From contig FLMG01004242.1 of the NCBI GenBank assembly GCA_900088475.1, positions 62,001-126,000 of the forward strand: a stretch of DNA of 64,000 nt, given 5' to 3'. Positions 26,830 through 43,670 of the stretch are shown here, piece after piece. Source of the DNA: Hyphochytrium catenoides (taxonomy: Eukaryota; Protista; Hyphochytriomycota). Position numbers and translations under genes: made by a program. The stretch's first letter is position 1. Each line of letters begins with the position of its first letter. The notes beneath the pieces were generated by a model. The model was not told the DNA's origin and did not search any database. It saw nothing but the letters and a program-made list of their open reading frames with translations.

Positions 26830-27700
26830 CTCAAGAGGTTGTCGTTTCTTCTTGGTGCGACTCTCATTGTGGCGTCAGGGCTGTTCGGGATAAAGTCAAG
26901 GGAAAGCATTGTCTGAATCAAGATTGAGCTTTAAAGGATTGAATCGCTAGCGTTGGCTCCAAAAACCTTCATCACCGTCAAACTTCAACAGATCTTTTGT
27001 GATGCTGAAAAGTATATCAGAGCCTTCAACTGTTTACTGTCTATGGAACGGCTCCAGGCTCAGGATGCTGATCTATTTGCTCGATGTTGCTGAATGTAGC
27101 GCGTCATTCAATCGCAATGGTTGTCGAGAACTTGACGAGGCTGACCTGTTGAATAGTGCGCAAGATGATGATGAGATTGAAGACGAAGGAGTCATAGGCG
27201 AAGCATCAAATCCTTCTCCGGAAGGGGATATCAGGTGCGGTTGAAGAAGAAGAGGAGCCTCCCGTTGGAACGAAAGTACATTCATATTGCATCGGAGCCG
27301 GAGGACCATCTCTGCTAACCTCCTATAGAAAGATGGACGGAAAACTAGGACAAGAGCACTCAGGGAAAAAACGTATATTCTGTGAGGCTTCTCGGAGTGA
27401 TGGCTTCGGTAGAGGTCGATTCCCTAGCGGATGAAGGCCTCTCCATAAGAAACCCCTTCTACTGTCTTCTACTGCCTTCAGCTACAGGCTTACTTCAAAC
27501 GCATTCTGGTGCCCCTCCTATCTCTTCTGGAGCGACGTCCTCAAGCGAGTGCGCGAGCGGAAGTTTAACTCCAACACGATGGTTGAGGCGTACTTCCGCA
27601 TCATGCATGCAGAAAAGTTGTCACAACGACGACTTGCGCCCCATCGATAGATACCTCATGGAGCGAAAGGAGATGCTTGATCGGAAACTGGCCGCGATCA
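26830..27700 (+). mobile_element. Possible degenerate NOF-FB/Mutator-like transposase remnant
   Basis: Across frames: WCDSH (CxxH, ~26853), NPFYC (27451), FWSDVL..SNTMVEAYFRI (~27525-27602), LRPIDRYL (27634). This is the motif order I recall for NOF-like proteins (NxxY..PLWS..SAxVExxFxxLK..RPLRVDRF). It has not been verified by search. Confidence 0.4.
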
Positions 27701-28515
27701 TAGACTCGAATAACGCAGGGTCATCAGCACTCTGCTCTGAAGAGAAGGAGACGACCGGCAGCTTTGACACCAGGGAAAGCCAGGTCCAAAGAGGGTGTGT
27801 GCGATCACAAGGCAGAGGATGACGCGAGCATTGGCAGAAACGCTTAGTGCTGACCTTACGGGATCTGCTCTTCAATTGAGAAAAATTTTGCGGAAGCTTT
27901 CCTGCGTCGCCAAAGCGGCTTCGCTTCAGGTAGCAGGAAAACGGAGCCACTGCTGCTCATTGCCCAAAAGATCTTAGTTCTTATTCATCGATATCGCGCT
28001 GGTGCGAAGCTGTCCCAAGCGACGGTTTCCCAGCTGAAAAACGGGAGAAGTTGCCTATTGACCCGGCCGTTACTAGGGGTATCCGTGCCTGGAGTTCGAC
28101 GTCGATGACAAACTCTTCCAACAACCCAACGAGTGTTCAAAGAAATTGTCTTCGTTCTGTATCGTCCTCATCTGCGCTGCGCAAGTCCTCACACATACAG
28201 AGATAATCCTCACCGTGTAGGGTGACAAGAAGTTGAGAGTTGACAGCTGCCATGACCGTCTCTTGAGCTATAGCTGAGCACTCGAATGCGTCGTCAGAGC
28301 ATGAGTCTTCCAGTATACAACGAAGTGGATAACCCGACACCCACTTCTCAAGCTCCACGACGGTAGGAGGGCTCGGGAAGTCACCGTGAGCAACATAACA
28401 GAATGCTCAGCCCGCATAACTGTGAGCAGAAACGGTGTTATAGGTATATAATATCGGCAGGTATCGGCTGGAGAAAGAGATGCGGGAGACTAGAGCTACC
28501 CAAGCTACGTCGCAG

Positions 28516-28645
28516 TCTGTCTTTCTCTCTCTTCTCTCTCATTCTCCTCCTTCTCTCCCTTCCTTTCTCTCTCTCTCTCTGTGTCTGTTTTCTGTTCTCT
28601 CTCTTTCTCTTTCTTCACCTTCTTTCTCTCTCTTTCTCCCTCTCA
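28516..28645. repeat. (CT)n-rich microsatellite/polypyrimidine tract
   Basis: Near-pure C/T run. Confidence 0.85.
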
Positions 28646-29994
28646 CCCAGACATGTAGGCCTAAAGAAAGGAGGATCAGTACGGGTTGGTAGTACAAGAA
28701 AGGATAGCTGAAGGGAAACGAAATACTCAAGTTCAAAAGGACGTAGAGGTGACGAGGAAGAGGGTAAGCAAACCTTATTCCTTCTTTGAGAGCACCACCG
28801 AAGGGTAGCTAGACGGTAAGAGAAGAAAGCACCCCCCGCTCCTAAGGCGAAGAAGCAGCTATGGTAGCAACGCTAGGAGGTGTAGAGTGAACAAAGAAAG
28901 GGAGAGGCTACCCTAGGAGAGGCAAGGGGACGTTGGGGCTTAATGAAGGGAGGAGATTAATCAGGAGCCCTACAACGACTTTCCTTCTTCATGCGTTTTA
29001 GCCAAGGTATTGCCGGCGGCGGCACCGGGCTATAAATGAAGTCGAAGCGAAAGATGGCCGTCATCAATAATAGAGGTGGGCTCCAGACTCCAGACGAAAC
29101 TCTCTTGATAAAGTTATTACGGAGTATAAGAGTACAGCACAGAGTATAGACCTGTAAACCATGCTTCGAAATGACCGAGGGCGTCGTGCTGGCATGTCAG
29201 CCGAAGATCCAGGACGTTTGACGGCAATGGGAAAGCTTCGCCGGAAGCTTCATTTTTATAAAAATTGAGAAACAAAAGACAAAAGACTTCCTGATTCCTG
29301 ACACAGATCCAAACCGCCGTTAGCAGCTCCCCAGATGACAGGATTCTAGCCGGTACCGGTAATGGCTTTGGGTGCTCCGACCGTTATGATTGCTTGTAGA
29401 ACACCCTAACCCCTTTATTACGAACAAATATGGACTGGCGAAAAAATCAACTGACCTAGAAGGCATTACATAGGTTTACATAGGTTCATGAGGCCCTATA
29501 GCAGTCATAACTATAAGTTAGCCACTCCAGAAGTATAACAGAGGCGATTATATTAGGACGGACGATTGGAAAGGCGCCGAGGCCGCGGCAGCAAGCTGCA
29601 CAAGGAGGCAGGGAGGGAGGAAGAGAATAGTAGGGACGCGAAGACTGAATGATAGGCAAGCCAAGGGTAGAGAGAGACTCAAGGTAGAGAAAGGGCAACA
29701 GTAGTGGGGAGAGAAGAGAGAAGGGACGGGGATGAGAGCACACAGACAGGTTAGGTAGGAGGCGGAAGCTCAGATAGGTCTGACCGTGAGACCTCCACCT
29801 TTGCCTAAGCTCTGGGCTGCTAGAGTCCAACTCCGTGGAGGGATCCTGCGCTGTGGAAGATGTTCGCAGTTGCCAGATCCCGCCGTCGATGGCATAGATT
29901 CCATCCTTGCCCTTGCAGAATGTAAGCTCCATTTGTACAGAGAGGTGTAGGAGGGCGTGCCGGACCCAGCCAGGACTGGCTGGACCTGGTTACT

Positions 29995-34342
<4,348 letters not shown>

Positions 34343-34551
34343 ACTAACGGACTGGGAGCCAGAAAAGCCATGAACGCTAAAAAACTGTCTTGCACGATTA
34401 ATGCTGGACAGCAACATACCCATCACACCTTATTTATTGACACCTCCCCTCTGCTTTCCCAAGAAGAATGACAGAGGGACAGGGGACAAGAACGACCTTG
34501 TACTAAAGGACAAATATAATAGAGCGATGCTCACACTTAAGCTCTGCGGTC

Positions 34552-37500
34552 TTACGCTGATACTCTCCTTCTAAACTCCCCCTTAACGTAAGGAGGTCTC
34601 TCTTGGGCAGCGGTTATTCTCAACAGCTGGTTGATCTTAGCCAAATGTTGAGACTGAGCCATGCCTCCCACTCGCAACTGGCAGGAGCGAATCCCAACTG
34701 AGAATTCTGCGATGAAAGTCTCCTCCGTGTCCGCTCCCCTGGTACCCACAACCACACCCCAGTTGGCCCTCCGAGCAAGTTCTGCATGATGAATGGCATC
34801 ACTGATGGTCCTAGCCTAGACAAAAACAAGGGTAACGGCAATAAGTCAGCCAGGAATTAGGAAAACAAATAGCAAAGGAGAGAATCCCCGCTGCGGCTGG
34901 GAGGGGAGGCCGAGGAGGGTTAAGAAAAGCGAAAGGTATGGAAACAGCCAAAGAAACTACGTCTACTGCGACGAGTGAAGCATTGCCACGACGTACATGC
35001 CGATTAAACAAGTGCGACCGCCAATGAGAGCGATAGGAAAACAAGATAGATAGAAAAAGAGGATCAAAAGGGGATGTGTACACGTACCTTGGCTAGGTCC
35101 AGGTAGAGGGCATTAGCCGCATGTTCTTCTATGCCTAAGCTTATCTCTTTCTCGTCGGCAAAGATGCAATTTCCGACAATCTGGAGTTTGCAACCTGGAT
35201 CTCCTCCCACCGGTGGCCTTTTCTGGTCGGGTCCAGCTATCGAGGGAACATCAGTAGTGAGACAAGGACGTAATTTATCCATCTTGTTCTGGCCATGCAC
35301 ATACACTGCAGTCTAGCTGCATTTTCTCTCAATCTTATGTCGTAACCCTTACTCTCATCGTTAATGACAAGAGCCTCTTTCCCTACTGTAGCACGATCAG
35401 TACCTTCTTCTTCCAATTGTGCTACGATCTCCTTTAGCCTGATGTAAGAGTGTATATCATCCCGATCAAAGGGGTCCTGCAGAGAAATGATGCGCGGATA
35501 TTTTTTTATCCACTCCTTGTAGAGGTCCAGCAGGTCCTCGCTACCATTTCCACATTCGAGCGAAAAATGTGAGGCAGAAACGGTCAAAGTGAGCGCAAAG
35601 AGAGAAAGAGATAGAGAAGAGTCCAAAAGAGAGAGAAGAGTCCACCAAGAACAGTGACATGGAGGTCGGGAGAGCAACGACTCAAGGACCGTGAAGCAAC
35701 GAGAGACAGCAGCCAAAAGAGACGTAAGCTATTGCTGTACATTATAGAGCACTAGGAAAAGAGCATGCACTTAGGCTGAGTCACCAGCAGAGGGCCATTG
35801 GCAGTAAAATTAGTGAGGATGTTCTGCTCAGGATTGTGCATGTAGAACAATGACCTAGTGATGGAACAAAAGTATGTGGACGCGAAGAGATCTAGAGAGG
35901 CACACCTTTCAATAACATTTCCACGGGAGTCCTTATTAAAAGTGTCAAGATCGTAGGAGACAGGGCCTATCTCTCCCTTCTCTCTCTCTATACTTTTGTC
36001 TCCTCCCTCTTCCGCCTTAAACTGTGAGGCTGAGACATCCACATAGAAGCGAAGCCTTTCCTTATGTTCGAATTGGTTGTATGCTTCCATGAGAATCTCC
36101 ATTGCCTAAGAAGGGGAAGTACAATAAAAACAGCTGTAAGGCGACGGAGAATAACGAGGGTCACACCAGGAAGAAGGACAGAGGGACATTGAAGAAATGG
36201 ATATGAGCACTTAGAGTGCAGACCTCATTGAAATTTTCTATCGGCGGTGCTGCTCCACCAGCCAGCCCCATACTCTCCCAGGCATGGCCCCTCTCTTTTA
36301 GGACTTTCCCCACAATGTTCTTGAATGTGCTGCAGAGCTCTAGGGCATGGTCAAAGGATGTGGCGTCGGAGGGGAGGACAGCAACGTCTTGCACAAAGAG
36401 ACGCGAGGTTGAATAATTGCCTCCGTTGATGAGAGAAAAGATGGGCACCGGAAGGACCAGGGTATCGCTCTCGAGACCAGCGATGCGAGCTATGTACTGC
36501 ACAAAGGAGAATGGGAAGAGCACATGGGAAGAACAAAGGAGAATGAGTATTCAACAAGAAACCATTCCTCAAGGACTCAAAAACATTTGTCTTCCCCTCC
36601 TTTTTCCCTACCCTTTCCACTAAAGAGCCATCGCCTTCTCGTCTTTTCCCGAGCATCACTCTTCTTCAGGTCCCTTACCTTGTAAATTGGCAATCCTGCT
36701 TGCTTTGCTCCTGCCTTGCACACTGCCATTGAAAGGGCAATCAGACCCTCTCCTCCTAGCTCTCCTCCTTTCTGACTCAAGACATCGTCCACCTTAAGCT
36801 GATCTAGTGGCTGCAGGCCCACCAGAGCAGGACCAAGAGTCTCTTGAACAAACTTTACAGCTTCAGAGAGTCCTCGTCCTTGGTAGCGCACTTGAGTAGC
36901 GTTAAGGCATAGAGAGGGGGAGAGCAGAAGAGGCGGTTAAGGCAAGATAGAGAGCAGATAAAAGATGTGGACGATAGACATGCTAGGATAGATTATAGGC
37001 CAATACGGGGGACGAAAGTAGTTTAGACGGACCAACGAAAGTCATTTTTATAGAGCGAAATGTGGAGTGAGGGGATACAGGGTGAGAGACAGAGAGATCG
37101 AGAGGGAGAACGGACAGATATAGAGCGACAGACAGGGAGTGATAGAAGAGATAAAGAGTGAGACAGAGAGGGAGAAGGAGAGAGAGAGAGGGAGAGAAAA
37201 TAAGAGAGAAGAACCGGCGAGCGCCCGAGGATATGTTCTTTAGTCTCCTTACGTGGGTTAGCGACATCATATCGGCAACTCTTCTCTCCTACTACACGCG
37301 TGGCGGCAGTGTGAGAGGGACCTTGAGCTGTAAACTCGCCTAGTATCGTGAAGATCGAGACCTACGGCAGAAGAGGAAGTCAGCTGGTCCTGAATAATCA
37401 AAGCGTTGGAACTAGGAAGAGAGAGAGAGACAGAGAGAGAGAGAAAGAGAGACAAACAGGACATGCATACAGACACAGAAGGCGAGCACGACAATACGAC

Positions 37501-38036
37501 GACATATCCGCCGATTAAGGCCCGGAAGAGAAAATTGTTCGTGAAGGATAAGGAGAAAGAGAAGCACCAGAGAGGAGAGGACTATGGGAAGAGTGCAGAC
37601 AGAGAGCCGCAGAGCAAGGGACAGACGGCGGTGAGATGCGACACGAGACCGTTAAACGGCGTTCGCCGACCGACCTCTATAGTGGGCAGCCCTTGAGAGT
37701 TGAGGATCTCTCGTGCCTGGACCTCCAGTATCCCTCCTTTCGCTGCCAGGGACTGGGAGCTGAGCAACTGGCTAATGAGTTGGAGAGGATCCTTTGGCTG
37801 TTCGCGGACCACTCTACATTAAGGCGAGACAGAGACAGACAGTGTGAGAGAGAGACGAGACCCAATGACAGCTAGACGCGGCAACAAGAGGAAACCCGTG
37901 GGAGGAGGAAGAGAGGTGGCAGTAGAGAAACATCTTACAAGTCTACGGCATCCTGCAGGACCGTCTCCAGGCGGTGCTCTTCCAGATAAGCCACCACCCG
38001 AGCTCTCTCTGCCTCAGCACGCTTTTCAAAGTCCAT
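34552..38036 (-). CDS. Enolase-like protein (plant ENO3/vertebrate ENO4-like architecture) with N-terminal RIIa/Dpy-30-like docking domain; predicted catalytically inactive
   Basis: Spliced reading: MDFEKRAEAERARVVAYLEEHRLETVLQDAVDLVVREQPKDPLQLISQLL..ILEVQAREILNSQGLPTIE..RYQGRGLSEAV..ALSMAVCKAGA..LPVPIFSLINGG..IISLQDPFDRDD..LQIVGN..TEETFIAEFSVG..LAKINQLLRI. The enolase fold is clear but the catalytic residues are substituted (see findings). Confidence 0.9.
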
Positions 38037-38459
38037 TAGGTTAGGAAAGAAGCCACTCCAGTCTATTCTTGGAGGAGCAGAGACAGAATAAGAGAGCTCG
38101 ACGTTGCGCTTAGCTTCTCGCCTTCACAGCATTATGTCTACTCTCCTCACGGCCTAGTCTCTCCGTCAAACCTTTTCTATTCTTTGGCTTTTTTCTTCTT
38201 CTCACTTTCTCCCTCTCTCGCCTTTTTTCTATGTGACGCAGTTCGTTCCTTATCAGCTGGCTGGGGCGCTGATGGAGACACCAGAAGTGGGCAGACTGGA
38301 TGGGAGAGAGAGGAGGGAAGACTGAAGAGCAAAGGCGGACAGAGAGCCAACCAGGTAGAAGAAGAAGAGAGAGAGAGTGGAGATAGCGTGAAGGGAGGAG
38401 AGACTAGGGGACGGTCGATTGACGGAGCGTGCAGGAGAGTGAGAAAGAGATGGACTGTA

Positions 38460-38678
38460 GACTGAGAGAAGACGGAGAGCGAGAAAGAGAAAGAAACGGA
38501 GAGTGAGAGAGTAAGATCTCGAGACGAGGAGTGGGGAGAGAGACAGAAAAAGAGAGAGAGAGAGAGAGAGAGAGAGGAGGAGAGCAAGAGCGTCGGGAGA
38601 AAAGGAGAGAGTGTCTTTTCACTGGTTCTTCCAGAACTCCCCTCTGACCTGAATTTTTGGAGCCATCAGAATCTCTCT

Positions 38679-38722
<44 letters not shown>

Positions 38723-38733
38723 GTCTCTCTCTC

Positions 38734-38764
<31 letters not shown>

Positions 38765-38765
38765 G
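38460..38765. repeat. Opposed (GA)n and (CT)n microsatellites
   Basis: GA-rich ~38460-38610, then (CT)n ~38672-38765. Confidence 0.9.
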
Positions 38766-39359
38766 TGTCTGCTTGTTCCCTCGGCCGCCTCCCTTCGTAT
38801 GAACTCCAGGCCCTTTCTCTGCCTCTCTCCCTCGTTCGCTTCGCCATACCGTGTCTCCTCTGCCAGAACTCCGCCGCTAAATGGCCCTGAGGACCTGAGG
38901 ATGAGATTGAAGGGCGCCCTCGAATGATGGGCGAGAGTTGAGGGACAGTACCGTCAGCTGCTGCATGTCCAGGACAAGAGAGAGACAAAGGTTTGAGCTT
39001 TCTAGAAAAGAGAAAGGGACGAGATGCAGAGGAAGCATCCTGGTGATCCGGCGGAGCGCTTGGTATGTCCCAAGCCATCCACACCCTTGACCTGTCTTGC
39101 AACGCCTCCTCCTTTGGGCTCCCACATCTCTCAGCTGGCAGGCTTAGAAGCTATTGTCCTTCTTATGTTCTCAAGTACTCGGCTTTCTCTCCTGGCCGAT
39201 GCCTATCCCATCGCTCTTTCACCTTCGTGGCTCTCTCATATTGCCATCTGTTCTCTCTGTGATCGAGATAGATCATTAGCATCGACCTTTCCCATTATGG
39301 AACTCTGGAAGAGCAGCGGTAGGCTCGAGTCGCCTCCCACACCACCCCCTCTCACCTTC

Positions 39360-39391
39360 CTCCCTCTCTCTTCCCTCTCTCCCTCTCTTTC

Positions 39392-39471
<80 letters not shown>

Positions 39472-39500
39472 GTTCTCTCTTTCTCTCTCTCTCTCTCGTG
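39360..39500. repeat. (CT)n microsatellite
   Basis: Long near-perfect CT dinucleotide run. Confidence 0.92.
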
Positions 39501-41556
39501 CGCTCTCTCCGCTCCCTCTTCTGACTCTTACCCGTGTCTGTCTTTCCTCCAGCTCTTTCCTCTTTCTCGTCCCCGATAGCTTTTCCTTGTCCATTACATA
39601 TCTACTCCCGATGTACCTATGATGCTTTTCGCCCTTAGTTCTATCGTCTCTCTCGTTTACACTGCTTCTCAGCCTCGGTATTACCTTCTGCGTCTTGTGA
39701 GTCTTTTCTCCTGCTGTCCTTGCCTTTGCATCAATAGCTCTGCCGTCTGCGTAGCAATCCCTCTCCTTCTAACTGGGACTCTCCATACCTTCTTTCTTCT
39801 TTGTGATGCTGCAGAACGGCATCCCAGTTAGCAGCAAGCGCCGTTGAATGGCTGGTGACTCTGAAACAGAGTATAAACCCTCAGGTTTGGGCCTATAAAG
39901 CAGTAACGTCCATCCTTCCCGCTCTTTCGGCATTAATGTCTTCCCGTTGTAACATTTGACTAGCGGGGACATGCACCGATCTTTCCACACAGGCTCTGGC
40001 GGTCTTAACATGCACAGGCTTCACCCTCCTTCTTCTTCCTCCTTTCACATTTTCTTTCTCTCACCGCGTGGAGAACAGCTCTCCTAATGTGTGTGCTATC
40101 TGCTTCCGTGGCCTCCCCTCGTGTGCTTTCTCTTCCGGATGGCGTTGTTTGTCGACGATTCTCAGCATCAGTTCGTCCTTTGGCCAACTTCAAATGGAGC
40201 CACTGCGGTACCTCCTCCTATCCAGATGCGACTTTCTCTGTCATTTTGAATGCGTTTTAAGTGTTACCTCCTGGAAGACTCTCCTCCGGTCTTCGTCCTA
40301 GTAGTAGTGACAGGGTCCTGGATGTCCATCACTTCCGCAATGTCAAGAATTGGTTTCTCTTTCCAAAATGCTGCCATTTCAAGCGAGGTCTGCATTGCTA
40401 ACCTTCCTCTCATCTATTCGGTCTCACTCTGGACGTTGCTCTCTTCCCCAGGAGTTTTCTTCCTTTCCTCCGGCGGCCATGCAACTATTAACACAAGCTA
40501 TCCACTCCTTGGACTCAAGGTTCTTCGAGCAGCGACATGGAAGGACTGAAAGAGCGCTCTCCGACGCGTTGAATCTTATGGAGGAAGAAACAGAGGTCAG
40601 AACATAGAGGCTATATCACAGGACAGAAAGGGAAATGGGAAGAGAAAGCGAAGCCGTGGGAGGTACTTAGCTATGCGAGAGACGTGTCGAGACGATCATA
40701 AAGAGACAAGCAAAGCTGAGGCAAAAGCTAATTATGGCGGAACCACAGAGCTCTGCTGACAACATATATATCTGGCCCTCGTTCCTGATCCCTCTCCAAC
40801 CCTCCTCCCTGTCTCTCTTCTTTTCTCTCTCTTCTCTCCTCCATCCCTTCCTCTCTCCGTGTCTAATCTTACTTTTTTGCCGGCCTTTCTCAGCCCTACA
40901 CCTACCGGTTGCTCTTAGTAATGTCTTCTGCGGTAAGCCTTTCCTCTTCTAGCATATTTCCTGCGGGGAGTGTGATAACTTGAGCCTGACTTATCAATAG
41001 GAAGAACTAAGGATCGCTACGGAGTGCGTTCGCACTTGGGAGAACAATAAAGACCTGACGATCGACTTCCTCCTACTGCTACGGCCTTCAGAAGTGCAAT
41101 TGGTAAGTGAAGAGACGAGGAGCAGTCAACAAAAACGCTATGTCCCTTCATGTTCATCTGAGAGCATAACCCGCGGATGCAGGCTGCGAATATGGCGGAG
41201 ACTTTACTCAAAACTGCGGCTCTCTCTTCCTCGTACGCTGTCATACTAAAGCTGGGGGATACAAAGGAAGAGGCTCTGCAGGTCAGTCCGCCATGGCAAT
41301 GGCTTGTCCGTTGCAGCCTTCCATTGTGTCTCTACCTTGTAGTGGAAGTTTCATGAACCTATTCCTAACGTCCGTAATCTCCTCATCTCATGCCCCTCCT
41401 TGGCTTCGTCTCTCACTTCCTGTCAGCATATGTTCGCCGACTAACACCGCGGTAACTGATTATTGCCGTATCTTCATTAGGAGGTTACTTTCCTCGCGGC
41501 TAAACCCTCTCAGAGGACTTCTCTCTCTCTTATGAAACAAAAGAGCGTTTCCTTTG

Positions 41557-43670
41557 TTAGACCGCTGTGGAGGGACTCATAGGTATTGTGTTCGTAGCTG
41601 TTCTGCTCTGCTTTCTAGCGGTATAAGACCCTTCTTCTTTCTCTCTCTTTCCCGCTTTGTGCTCTCCTGCAGCACTCCTCATCTTCTTCCTTTCGTCACT
41701 GTCCCAGGGCTGCACTGGGGTGTCTCGTTGGCTGGTGACACCCGTCCCATTCGCCACATCGTCATAGAAGGATTCAGCACTTCTCAAGGGCTGGCTGGTA
41801 GCTTGAGCAACAGCTGAGAGGACACCAACAAGGGGAGTACGTGTGACTACTTGTTGAAGCACTGGACCCGCCAGCGAGGTCGTCACTGAGAAGACTGATC
41901 GTACTCCTGCGCCTACTGCGTTGGCGACGTCCCGAGCCTAGGCGGGTCGTCAAGAAGGGGTGAGGCACAGAGATCATAAATGCTCGCACGGCGATGAGGG
42001 GAGCCTTGATACGAACGGCGCCAGGTTCAAGAGCAGACAATTCTCAGAAGGGTTACACCATATGATATGAAGATGAAGTTAGGATCAGAGGTAGGATGAA
42101 CCATGCAGAAACAAGGGCATTACATTTTGAGGTACATCATACAGCTGCTCAGCCTCATCCAAGCGCTGGGAAAGGAAACGCCTGTTTGTAGGTGAGGAGA
42201 CGGGATAGCAGTTAGTACAGCAGCCTTCCATCAACCCATAAATATAGTGCGAGGCCTCTTACCATGTATCCTGATAGTTTGGCGAGTGATCTGTCAACAT
42301 GAATAGCTCTATGACAGGGATCAAGGGAAACAGAGTCCTGTCAGGGCAAGTCATTCCCTCTATTGCTCATTTCTTCTAACCGCCCTGAGGCAGTGCAGCT
42401 TCGCATCGTGTTCTATTTCTGTTCTTCTTCTCCTACCTGTGGACGCATAAACTCCGAGTATTACAGCTCTGCGAGTATACCAGCTGATGTTAGTCGATCT
42501 GTCTCCCGCGTGATGCCAAAGCTCATCCGCCAGCTTGCCCAAGATCGTACTTGTGGACACGGCATTCTGAGGCATGGCACCAAGTGCCATGGCCTGGAGC
42601 AACCGTTCATATTAGAGCCATCATTGAAGTGCGGGAGCAGAAAGGCGAACAGTTGACAGTTCATGGTAGCCATGCACATAGAGGAGCGAAGATCACAGAG
42701 AAGAGAGATCCACCTGAGGCCAGCTGGAAATGTAAGGAGTGATGCAAGAGAGTCTGGTCTTGATGCCGTGAAACAGGATATCCTTCGCTCTTTGGCCCTC
42801 AGGGTGCTCTTCCTGCATCTTTTGCAGCTCGCGCGCCATCTTTTGGTTGGATCTCTCCATAAAGTAGTCCACCAGTTCAATCGCCCCGCGAGAGAACATT
42901 CCATGGGATACAGAAGGCAGACTGCCGAGATTTGGTAGAGACAAAGTGGAGAGACAGTCCAGAGAGACCACTATTAGGATGACAAGCATAAGGATTCATT
43001 GAGAGGGAAAGAAAGAGCACATAGCTCGCTGTCTATGTAAAGAAGTCTTTCCGCCATAGACGTCACCGATAAGAGAGCTAAGAGCGGAAAATCTTAGCAG
43101 AACTTACCTTAGATCATTCGCTGCCGCCGTAAGCGCGTCCACGGTCCACCTGTCGTAAAGTCACCATCGGATTGGGAGGAGTTAGCACCGTAGGCAATCA
43201 GAAGAGAGCCAAAGCCGGCGAGGTTTGCCGAGCGACGTTGAACGAGGGACAGGAACTCGAGGGATCAGAAGAAAGAAGCAACAAGGAAACCTTGTGATTC
43301 TCGAATCCCTTTTGGAATAGACGACCTACCCTTTGTCATTAACGTGCCGCAAGGCAGTATCAAGGATCTGGATCCTGGGATCGTCAACCATTCTCTCCGT
43401 GTCCTCAGTCCTCCTTCCCTCCTCATGATTATCAGCCTGTTGCCCTGTCTTCGGAAGAGAATCTGCATAGATCGGGTGGATCCTTCTGTGGAAATCCTTC
43501 TCAGAAAGAGACAGTTTGGGCTTGACTGGATTGCCGATGATGGTGTTCGTAGTATAGCATTTCTGCTGCGAAGGAGGAAAGGGCGGAGAGGTGGCGATGG
43601 CACGACGTACGATAGGATTCTGAGTCCTCGTCAACCGAAGTGCGGTCCTGGATGACACAAAGCTTTTCAT
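41557..43670 (-). CDS. COQ9: Ubiquinone biosynthesis protein COQ9, mitochondrial; multi-exon
   Basis: Arg/Ser-rich presequence MKSFVSSRTALRLTR, then RIQILDTALRHVNDKGWTVDAL..HGMFSRGAIELVDYFM..IKTRL..PYISSWPQAMALGAMPQN..LADELWHHAGDRSTNISWYTRRAVILGVYASTELFMLTDHSPNYQDTW.FLSQRL. The inferred last exon (ARDVANAVGAGVRSVFSVTTSLAGP...) ends at 41557. Confidence 0.92.

Noticed and set aside
22929-29359. 13-bp direct repeat TAGCCGGTACCGG at 22929 and 29347 bracketing the TE block (possible TSD)
   Set aside because: There are no terminal inverted repeats inside it, and 13-mer matches are expected by chance in 64 kb.
28137-29932. Short ORFs 28137-28358 and 29486-29932
   Set aside because: No recognisable motifs or consistent exon chain.
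38177-39594. ORFs rich in ER/SL repeats (e.g. 38404-39102, 39024-39524)
   Set aside because: They are translations of GA/CT microsatellites with no domain signal.
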